Part shown: positions 41,531 through 48,056 of the stretch, in pieces
Layout: the number at the start of each line of letters is the position of its first letter
Position numbering within the stretch: position 1 is the stretch's first letter
Assembly: GCA_021824605.1 (NCBI GenBank)
Contig: JAKAKH010000013.1
Coordinates: 1-48,056, forward strand
DNA from: a bacterium
GTDB lineage: Bacteria; Patescibacteriota; Minisyncoccia; Phycocordibacterales; Phycocordibacteraceae
DNA: 48,056 nt
Direction of reading: 5' to 3'
The notes under the pieces: model-generated
What the model saw: only the letters and a program-made list of their open reading frames with translations
What the model was told of the DNA's origin: nothing
Databases searched by the model: none
Made by a program: the position numbers and the translations under genes

Positions 41531-42472
41531 ATGAAGACCCTCATTTGGCTTTCTGCGGTCTTCGCGACCGCGCTCGCGCTCTCTGGTTGTGGTGGCGGAG
41601 GCGGCGGAAGTGCTCCGGCATCTTCCACTTCTCCGCCGGTTGCAACGACTCCAGGAACACCGACATCACCAGGCACCCCAACAACACCGACAACACCAAC
41701 GACCCCGGCGGCGCCGACAGCATCATTGACCCTGGTGTCAGTGACTCCTGGGGCGAGTACGACGGGTGTTCCGACCAAGGGTACGGTCACCATCGTGGCG
41801 TCGTACCAAGACGCTGGCACGTTCGACCAGAAGTCCCTCGACGTCTCGTGTGGCGGTCATTCAGTGATGGCCGGCTCGCCGACCATCTTGGTTGATAAGC
41901 CGAACAAGGGGCAGGTGAGTTACCTGCTCGACTACGATGCGTCGTACGACTTTCTCTTCTCATGTGACGTATCAGGCAGCTTGATCGCGAAGGGCGTGAG
42001 TGGGGCAACCGACCCCACGCCGGTGATCGTGACAGACGCTTTCACGATCACGCCCGTGTGTACGGCTCCCAACAAGTGGTCAAATGGGAACATCGTCTGC
42101 ACGGCGCCGGTGGGCACCTGGCTCGTCGGAGCACCACTGCTTCCGGCAGGGTGTACTGACACCACGAAGGCATGCTTCCTTTCGACCGCGAAGTTTGCGG
42201 CGACCGGGATCGTGATTGGCGGCCGCCCGGTGATGGTTGCGTTCTTCCAGAACCCGGGCCCGCTCTGGCGGATGGCGTTGCTCTTTACGGATGACGGCAC
42301 GTTGGTGTCGTACCCATGGAACAATGCGATTGGCGGCTATGCCACGCCCGTCGACAAGTTGATGGGTACGGCTACGGGCGTCGTGATCGAGTCTGGCGGG
42401 CTTTGCCTTGCCGGCAATCTCGACATCGCCAGCCAGCAAATGGTCCTGGGGTACGTTCCTTGTCCGTCGTGA
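41531..42472 (+). CDS. Lipoprotein with Gly/Pro-Thr linker, Ig-like domain and Cys-containing C-terminal domain (paralog of 42688-43614)
   Basis: GGGAAGGAG RBS. Lipobox LALSGC, then GGGGGG and a PT-rich linker. The C-terminal region aligns by eye with the next gene (GAPLLP.GC...CF..TA.F.A.G....GR.VM.A.FQN...LW....LL..DDGTLV...). Confidence 0.7.
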   Translation: MKTLIWLSAVFATALALSGCGGGGGGSAPASSTSPPVATTPGTPTSPGTPTTPTTPTTPAAPTASLTLVSVTPGASTTGVPTKGTVTIVASYQDAGTFDQKSLDVSCGGHSVMAGSPTILVDKPNKGQVSYLLDYDASYDFLFSCDVSGSLIAKGVSGATDPTPVIVTDAFTITPVCTAPNKWSNGNIVCTAPVGTWLVGAPLLPAGCTDTTKACFLSTAKFAATGIVIGGRPVMVAFFQNPGPLWRMALLFTDDGTLVSYPWNNAIGGYATPVDKLMGTATGVVIESGGLCLAGNLDIASQQMVLGYVPCPS

Positions 42473-42510
42473 TCTTTGTGCCGTGATGAGTACTGCTTGT
42501 CACGGCCACC

Positions 42511-42537
42511 CCGCGCAACGAAAGTTGCGCGGTTTTT
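42511..42537 (+). terminator. Intrinsic terminator
   Basis: CCGCGCAAC-GAAA-GTTGCGCGG followed by TTTTT. Confidence 0.7.
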
Positions 42538-42560
42538 CTTTACTGACAGTCGCAGAGAGG

Positions 42561-42588
42561 TTGACAAATCTGAATAAAAGAGTATTTC
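42561..42588 (+). promoter_or_regulatory. Sigma70-like promoter
   Basis: TTGACA, 16-nt spacer, TATTTC. The leader of about 93 nt carries GGAGGTGATC near its 5' end. Confidence 0.45.
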
Positions 42589-42687
42589 TTAGTGCGGAGG
42601 TGATCGAACTACTACCCCGTCCTCAACAGGCGGAAAAGTTCTCTCACTTGATCCGCTTGTCCAGTCTGTTCCTTGAAAGGGATGGGT

Positions 42688-43614
42688 ATGAAGACCTTCA
42701 AATGGCTTTCAGTGGCTGTCATTGCCGCGCTTGTCTTTGGGCTTCCTGGCTGCGGTGGCGGCGGTGGAGGAGGTGGAATTTCCACCTCATCCAGCACCAC
42801 CGCCCCCTCGTCGCCCCCACCACCAACCAGTACTGGACCGGTGACTGCAACCTTGCAGTCAGTCGTTCCGGCCGTCGGGTCGAGCATTCCCGTGAATGGC
42901 TCCATCGTGTTGACCTATGCGGTGACGAACTACATGGGGGTTGTCACGAACGACATTTCGCTCTCGTGCGCTGACAAGGTCATCCCGCTCGGCAGCGGAG
43001 GGATCACTGATCTTCCTCCTCCGTCGGGCGGTGTTGCCATCACGTTCTCGCTCGATCGAAGTGTCACGCCCGTGAATGTTTCGTGTCTGCTCTCCGGGAA
43101 CTTCGTGTTCTTCGGCGCAAGCGACGTGACAAACGGCATGGTCACGGGTGGCCTCAAGGTGCCGGTGAGTTACTCGTTTACGGGTACGCCAGCACCAGGC
43201 TGCACGTCTCCCGCCGTTTTCTCACCAGGGAGCGGGGTCTGTCTCTACCCGGTCGGGGTCAAGGTCGCTGGAGCGCCGCTGCTCCCGATTGGCTGTGCGA
43301 CGGAAAGCCAGTCCTGCTTTAAGGACACGGCACACTTCGTCGCTTCAGGAGTGCAGGTCAATGGCCGCGCCGTGATGGCAGCCATTTTCCAGAACAACGT
43401 CACGCTCTGGTACAACGAGACGCTCCTGTATGTCGACGACGGCACGTTGGTCGATGTTCCTGGCAACAGTGTCATCGGCGGCGGCACCGCGATGATCGAT
43501 TGGGGTGAAGGAACGTCGACTGGCTTCGCTTTCTCCATTGGCGGGCAGTGCATCACCACAACCTACGATGCGACGACAGGGAAGTGGGCGGCCTCCCTCA
43601 ATTGTCCATCGTGA
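42688..43614 (+). CDS. Lipoprotein, paralog of 41531-42472
   Basis: MKTFKWLSVAVIAALVFGLPGC lipobox followed by a poly-Gly/Ser-Pro linker. The C-terminal domain is shared with the upstream paralog, and both end in ...CPS. Confidence 0.7.
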   Translation: MKTFKWLSVAVIAALVFGLPGCGGGGGGGGISTSSSTTAPSSPPPPTSTGPVTATLQSVVPAVGSSIPVNGSIVLTYAVTNYMGVVTNDISLSCADKVIPLGSGGITDLPPPSGGVAITFSLDRSVTPVNVSCLLSGNFVFFGASDVTNGMVTGGLKVPVSYSFTGTPAPGCTSPAVFSPGSGVCLYPVGVKVAGAPLLPIGCATESQSCFKDTAHFVASGVQVNGRAVMAAIFQNNVTLWYNETLLYVDDGTLVDVPGNSVIGGGTAMIDWGEGTSTGFAFSIGGQCITTTYDATTGKWAASLNCPS

Positions 43615-43633
43615 TGCCGATGTAAACTGCTTC

Positions 43634-43794
43634 AAGACCGCGCTTCGCGCGGTCTTTTTCTTTGTCTAACTTGTCCACAGTCATTCTACTGAAGCAGCAG
43701 AGAGTATCAGTAAGAAGCTATACTTACGGCAAGTACCAATATTATTTTATTTTATACCTATGGATGTATACCCAGGGCAGCCGCAAAGCATGAC
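43634..43794 (+). repeat. 161-bp direct repeat copy A (terminator, intergenic region and first 35 nt of the next ORF)
   Basis: About 97% identical to 46807-46966 (1 loop substitution, 1 single-nt indel, 2 substitutions by eye). It starts with terminator AAGACCGCGC-TTC-GCGCGGTCTT+TTTTC. Identity stops right after ...GCAAAGCATGAC. Confidence 0.85.
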
Positions 43795-44377
43795 GCCACC
43801 ACCAGCACATTCTCCTATTGCTGCGTACGGCATCATTATTTTCATCTCACTTATAATTGGAGGTGTGCTGAACAGCTTCAGCGATCCGTATCTTCCAGCC
43901 TCGCTCAGCAATACACAAAAGGGGTATCAGTCTGGGTTTGCGGCGGCGAAAGCTGTTGTGGCAAGTAGTACCAGCAGCACTAGCAGTAACTCTGTTGCCC
44001 CTGATGTTCGCACCGTGGAAGGTACGGTTACAGCCGTAAGCGGCGCAACGTTTACACTCAAAGTCGCGTCACTAAATCAAGGCGATGATCCATCACTCGC
44101 GACGCGAACAGTCACTACGAATGCATCCACGACAGTCATGAAGGTTGCATTGAAAGATCCTGCGACGTATCAAGCAGAAATGACAGCATATCTTGCGAAA
44201 CAGAAGCAAACGGGAAGCACAACCGGAACGCAGCCGGTCAATTTTAATGTGGTCGGTGGAAATGTGTCAGATATTAAGGTTGGCGATGCGGTGTCGGTAC
44301 TCTCCCTTGTGAATATCAAAACAGCGAAAGACATTACCGCACGGTACATTCAAATTATACCGAAGACCACGCCGTAA
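43760..44377 (+). CDS. Membrane-anchored hypothetical protein (cassette A, small gene)
   Basis: 205 aa: MDVYPGQPQSMT..., TM helix (IAAYGIIIFISLIIGGVL), conserved DPYLPASLSNTQKGYQSGF, then a beta-rich domain. No SD upstream. An alternative start is ATG 43790. Paralog of 46932-47507. Confidence 0.6.
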   Translation: MDVYPGQPQSMTPPPAHSPIAAYGIIIFISLIIGGVLNSFSDPYLPASLSNTQKGYQSGFAAAKAVVASSTSSTSSNSVAPDVRTVEGTVTAVSGATFTLKVASLNQGDDPSLATRTVTTNASTTVMKVALKDPATYQAEMTAYLAKQKQTGSTTGTQPVNFNVVGGNVSDIKVGDAVSVLSLVNIKTAKDITARYIQIIPKTTP

Positions 44378-44386
44378 CGAAAAACA

Positions 44387-46786
44387 ATGTCTCCTCACTT
44401 CTCATCCGCCTCAGTCATAAAATCTGCTCTTCTTATTTTCGTTGCGGTTACCGCACTTTTTTCTGGTAGCACGAAAGCCGAGGCAGCGACTACGCCGTCT
44501 GTTTGGTACTACAACTACAGTATCCCATCATGTCCGCAGATTAATGTCATTCCTACGCCCATGCCTACGTATGATTGCGGACAGAATACCTGCAGTTTGC
44601 CTTGGGATGGCACGTATCAAATCTGGGATCCAAATGCCGGTCCTTTCTGGTCTGCTCAGGATTATAACTGGGTGTACGGCGGTTATGTCCCTTACACGGT
44701 TCCCTCTGGGTACAGCATCGTGCTAGTCACCGCTGGAGGTGATGCTACGTATACGTATTACGAGCAGTGCGGTCCGCCGTACACATATAAGCCTGTCGCT
44801 ACTTTTGCCGCAGTCACTAATAAGGACGTGTATGCTCCTCATGAGACGGTTACCGCCTCTCTGTACTCTGCGACAGGGCAGCAGGGGAATAATGTCGGGG
44901 GTTGGATCACCGGTGGTCTTCTTGGAAGCGCTCTGCACAGTATCATGTGCTTCTTCTTCGGCTGCTCGACACCTCCGACCGTCTCAGTCACTGCGACGCT
45001 CCAACCAGGGCTTCATTTCACCAGTACGAACAGCACCTCCGTCCAAACGGCAGCGGCAGGAGCGACATCTGGGTCGTTCACCTTCACTGCGCCAGCTGCC
45101 TCGGGGACCTATGTGATAAACCTCCTTGGCTGTTACTACGACGGGTCACAATGCGCTCCCTCAAGCATGTCTTTCTCCGTACAGGGTGCTGCCTGTCCAC
45201 TGCCGTGGGGCGGTACTACTCCGGACGGTACGTCCGTGACCGCATACCAGTCGTCCTCGGTGGTTCCTCCGGCAACTTGTGTCGCACAGACACGTACCTG
45301 TACGAATGGCTCTCTCACTGGCAGCTACACCAATCTGAATTGCGCTTCAGCCCCCGCCATCAGTTCCTTTACTGCTACTAGCCCCGTCGCGTACAACACT
45401 TCCTCAACTCTTTCCTGGTCAGGAGTCACGAACGCCACTTCCTGCAGCATCAACAATGGTATCGGCAATGTCTCACCTTCGGGCGGCAGCATTCCGACGC
45501 CGCCACTCACTGCCAATACTACGTACACACTTACGTGTTCCGGTGCGATTTCACCGGCAGCGACGAAATCTGTAACGGTACAAGTGGGTTCACCAGCCTC
45601 GTGTCCACTGCCGTGGGGCGGATCGCTCGCTAGTGGCTCTTCGGTTACGGCATATCAAACGTCATCCGTAATTGCTCCAGCGGCCTGTTCCTCTGTTGCA
45701 GAGACTCGTATTTGTACGAATGGTTCGCTCAGCGGTAGTTATACGAATCAGTCCTGTGTAGTGTCCTCCGCCTCTTTCTCTGCGTCCCCATCCTGTTCCA
45801 TCACCGGTGGGAATGCTGGTTGTGCCACCCCTGTCTCTTGGAATTCTTCTGGTATCACCACCGCAGTCCTTACCGATTGCGGCGGAGGTCTCTATACCTC
45901 CACCGGCCCTGGCCTGCAAACCAGCCCGGTATACATTCCGTACAATTCCGGTTGTTATCAGATTCATGACGGTACTGCCACGGGTCCAGTTCTTGCTCAA
46001 GTGACCGGCACTTCTGCGTGCTCGAACTCTGTCTGGAACGGCAGTATTTGCCAAGCGCAATACACTCTTACCGCCTCAGTTGCGAGCGGCAGCGGCACCA
46101 TCACTCCTTCAGGTGTGACCACTGTTCCTTCCGGTAGCAGCCAATCCTATACCATCACCCCAGCTGCCCAGTACAACATCGTGAGTGTCACGGTTGACGG
46201 CGTGAACAAAGGTGCCCTCACTGGATACACCTTCAACAACGTCACTGCGAATCACACCATCACTGCCACCTTCGCTCCTGTCCCGGTGATTACCTCCTTC
46301 AACGCTTCGCCGACTCCTATCGATCCCGGTCAGACCTCGTACCTCACTTGGGATTCAACCGGTACGATTTCTTGCAACGGTACGGGCTTTGCCACCGGTG
46401 GTGCCACGAAAAACCTCTCAGGTGTCCCGGTCACGCCGCTAACTACTTCGTCGTACCAACTCGTCTGTACCGGTCCGGGTGGTTTCTCCACCTCTCCGCA
46501 AATAGCAACAGTGGACGTGACCCAGCCACAAGCGAACATCACTGCCTCGGAGACTCGCGTTCGGGCAGGTACCACTATCAAGGTGAGCTGGACCTCCTCT
46601 GGGGTGCAGACCTGCGAAGTGAAGAAGAACGGTGTTCACTTCGCCTCGGGAACTGCCAACCCGGCTCCGGGTACTCCTGACACCATTACCTCGCAAACCA
46701 CCTACGTCCTCACCTGTACCACAAAAGGAAACCCGGTCTCGAACTCGACGATCGTGAACGTGGTGCCGACTTTCCAAAATTATTAA
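44387..46786 (+). CDS. Large secreted Cys-rich repeat protein / putative adhesin (cassette A, large gene)
   Basis: Signal peptide ...LFSGSTKAEA. Two CPLPWGG...TAYQ.SSV...C...TR.CTNGSL.GSYTN..C modules (45194-45343 and 45602-45757). Several Ig-like modules. An InlB B-repeat-like segment (YTLTASVASGSGTITPSG...VSVTVDGVNKG...NVTANHTITATFAP). Confidence 0.75.
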   Translation: MSPHFSSASVIKSALLIFVAVTALFSGSTKAEAATTPSVWYYNYSIPSCPQINVIPTPMPTYDCGQNTCSLPWDGTYQIWDPNAGPFWSAQDYNWVYGGYVPYTVPSGYSIVLVTAGGDATYTYYEQCGPPYTYKPVATFAAVTNKDVYAPHETVTASLYSATGQQGNNVGGWITGGLLGSALHSIMCFFFGCSTPPTVSVTATLQPGLHFTSTNSTSVQTAAAGATSGSFTFTAPAASGTYVINLLGCYYDGSQCAPSSMSFSVQGAACPLPWGGTTPDGTSVTAYQSSSVVPPATCVAQTRTCTNGSLTGSYTNLNCASAPAISSFTATSPVAYNTSSTLSWSGVTNATSCSINNGIGNVSPSGGSIPTPPLTANTTYTLTCSGAISPAATKSVTVQVGSPASCPLPWGGSLASGSSVTAYQTSSVIAPAACSSVAETRICTNGSLSGSYTNQSCVVSSASFSASPSCSITGGNAGCATPVSWNSSGITTAVLTDCGGGLYTSTGPGLQTSPVYIPYNSGCYQIHDGTATGPVLAQVTGTSACSNSVWNGSICQAQYTLTASVASGSGTITPSGVTTVPSGSSQSYTITPAAQYNIVSVTVDGVNKGALTGYTFNNVTANHTITATFAPVPVITSFNASPTPIDPGQTSYLTWDSTGTISCNGTGFATGGATKNLSGVPVTPLTTSSYQLVCTGPGGFSTSPQIATVDVTQPQANITASETRVRAGTTIKVSWTSSGVQTCEVKKNGVHFASGTANPAPGTPDTITSQTTYVLTCTTKGNPVSNSTIVNVVPTFQNY

Positions 46787-46806
46787 AAGATTTTCTGGAA
46801 CATGAA

Positions 46807-46966
46807 AAGACCGCGCTCCGCGCGGTCTTTTTCTTTGTCTACTTGTCCACAGCCACTCTACTGAAGCAGCAGAGAGTATCAGTAAGAAGCTATACTTACG
46901 GCAAGTACCAATATTATTTTATTTTATACCTATGGATGTATACCCAGGGCAGCCGCAAAGCATGAC
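46807..46966 (+). repeat. 160-bp direct repeat copy B
   Basis: See copy A (43634-43794). It includes terminator AAGACCGCGC-TCC-GCGCGGTCTT+TTTTC and the first 35 nt of ORF 46932. Confidence 0.85.
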
Positions 46967-47507
46967 ACGTTCGTGTTCGACGAGTACGCATATCATCGGC
47001 ATTGTCGTCTCGCTTCTTATCGGAGTGGTTGTAGGTGTTGTAGCCGATCCGTATCTCCCAGCTCCGCTCAGCAACACACAAAAGGGATATCAATCAGGGT
47101 TTACAGCCGCGCAAGATCTTATTAAGAACAGCAGTTTTGGCAAAGTATTTGAGGCACCGGCTGATGTTCGTATTGTGACAGGCACGGTGACGGCGATACA
47201 AGGGAACACACTCGAGCTGAAGGCGAATATAAACCCTCTCGATGACCCCGCACTCGCACACCGAACACTGCTGCTCAGCGCTTCGACAACAGTGCTGAAG
47301 ATTACGCAGACTGGATTCCCGACCTCTGTCGCTACGTCAACAAAAATAGCTGTCGCACCTTTCAAGGCAACGCCGGTGAAGATAGCAGATATCAAAGTCG
47401 GAGACACTATCTCCGCACTCTCTTCCGTCAATATCAAATCTCTTTCGGAATTTCCGGTGATCACTGTGCAGATTATGTCGACTGCTGCGACGAAGACGAC
47501 TCCTTAA
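46932..47507 (+). CDS. Membrane-anchored hypothetical protein (cassette B, small gene)
   Basis: 191 aa with the same MDVYPGQPQSMT N-terminus, a TM helix and DPYLPAPLSNTQKGYQSGF. The rest is diverged from the cassette A paralog. Confidence 0.6.
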   Translation: MDVYPGQPQSMTRSCSTSTHIIGIVVSLLIGVVVGVVADPYLPAPLSNTQKGYQSGFTAAQDLIKNSSFGKVFEAPADVRIVTGTVTAIQGNTLELKANINPLDDPALAHRTLLLSASTTVLKITQTGFPTSVATSTKIAVAPFKATPVKIADIKVGDTISALSSVNIKSLSEFPVITVQIMSTAATKTTP

Positions 47508-47516
47508 CCCACGACA

Positions 47517-48056
47517 ATGTCTCTTACTTCTTCGCGAACTGTCCTCCTACGATCAGCGCTCTTTGTCGCCTTTGCGGCAAGTACCTTTTTCCTTGGTGGT
47601 ACGAAGGCAGAGGCAGCCGCCACCTCAACCGTCTGGTATTACTCGCAAACGCTTCCGGCGTGTACGATGGTCGACCTGCGGCCGACGCCATCGACGTATG
47701 ACTGCGGACAGAACACTTGTACCGGACCCTGGGATGGTACCTATCAAATTTATCTCGGTACGGATGTAAACGGATACGTATCGTGGGGGCCATACACTGT
47801 CCCCTCAGGGTATACCGTGCAAGCGGTTACGACAGGGGGAGATGCTCAAGTCACGAATTATTATCTCTGCGGGCCTCCGTATACACAGAATAATCTTGCG
47901 ACTTTCGGAGCAGGGCTCGACAGTTCGGCGGGGACGTATGCTCCTGGAACGTTTGTGCATTTGAAGGTTGCAGCAGCTTCGGGAGATCAGGGGAATAGCG
48001 TTGGTGGGTGGCTCACTGGAGGGGTACTTGGTTCCATTTTGAACTCTATCTGGTGT
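47517..48056 (+). CDS. Large secreted Cys-rich protein, N-terminal 180 aa (cassette B, runs off the 3' edge)
   Basis: Hand translation from ATG 47517: MSLTSSRTVLLRSALFVAFAASTFFLGGTKAEAAATSTVWYYSQTLPACTMVDLRPTPSTYDCGQNTCTGPWDGTYQIY...GNSVGGWLTGGVLGS.... It is collinear with the N-terminus of 44387-46786. It is not in the ORF track because there is no stop in the window. Confidence 0.7.
   Translation, partial: MSLTSSRTVLLRSALFVAFAASTFFLGGTKAEAAATSTVWYYSQTLPACTMVDLRPTPSTYDCGQNTCTGPWDGTYQIYLGTDVNGYVSWGPYTVPSGYTVQAVTTGGDAQVTNYYLCGPPYTQNNLATFGAGLDSSAGTYAPGTFVHLKVAAASGDQGNSVGGWLTGGVLGSILNSIWC

Noticed and set aside
41590-41720. Runs of GGC/GGT and repeated ACACC/ACGAC units (also 42750-42840), checked as a possible tandem repeat or CRISPR-like array
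   Set aside because: They are in frame within the lipoprotein genes and encode poly-Gly and Pro-Thr linkers immediately after the lipobox. There is no repeat-spacer periodicity.
1-48056. Alternative genetic code (UGA recoding as in some CPR lineages)
   Set aside because: Conserved genes (topA, uvrB, serS, tgt, rel) are uninterrupted under the standard code and end at sensible positions. The tRNA-Trp has a normal CCA anticodon.

Overview
This 48,056-bp window is a compact, gene-dense chromosome segment of a small-genome bacterium. A VirB2-type T4SS pilin fused to a lytic transglycosylase, a short gamma-only dnaX, a DUF5663-like protein and many membrane-anchored orphan proteins suggest Patescibacteria/CPR (Parcubacteria-like) with the standard genetic code; this is inference only. 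Backbone genes: rpmG (partial), FMN-binding protein, P-type ATPase, miaA, peroxiredoxin, parB, rel (RSH), topA, EEP nuclease, dprA, serS, ftsQ-like, dus, dnaX, matrixin-like protease, tspO, GIY-YIG, NUDIX, DsbA-like, YvlD/holin-IV-like, DedA, FKBP, tgt and uvrB. There are three tRNA genes (Trp-CCA, Leu-CAA, Gln-UUG), none with an encoded CCA. I saw no rRNA, CRISPR array, transposase or integrase. The most unusual observation concerns tRNA-Trp (7213-7283, minus) and tRNA-Gln (24299-24369, plus). Each is followed, after a short hairpin, by a homologous 146-nt structured RNA. That RNA ends in an exact second copy of the tRNA's last 15 nt plus an encoded CCA, and it carries its own tRNA-specific partner strands for that copy. 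This makes it a cognate tRNA-like minihelix, or alternatively a 170/179-nt T-loop intervening sequence. Helices covary between the two loci. Other points: an orphan carboxysome-shell-type (CsoSCA-like) carbonic anhydrase homolog behind a near-consensus promoter and a leader with a terminator-like hairpin; T4SS-like components at two separate loci; and a 3'-terminal accessory region (41.4-48.1 kb) with two paralogous lipoproteins and tandem two-gene surface-protein cassettes whose diverged genes are preceded by about 97% identical 160-bp blocks. All family assignments come from motif recognition by eye; no searches were run.
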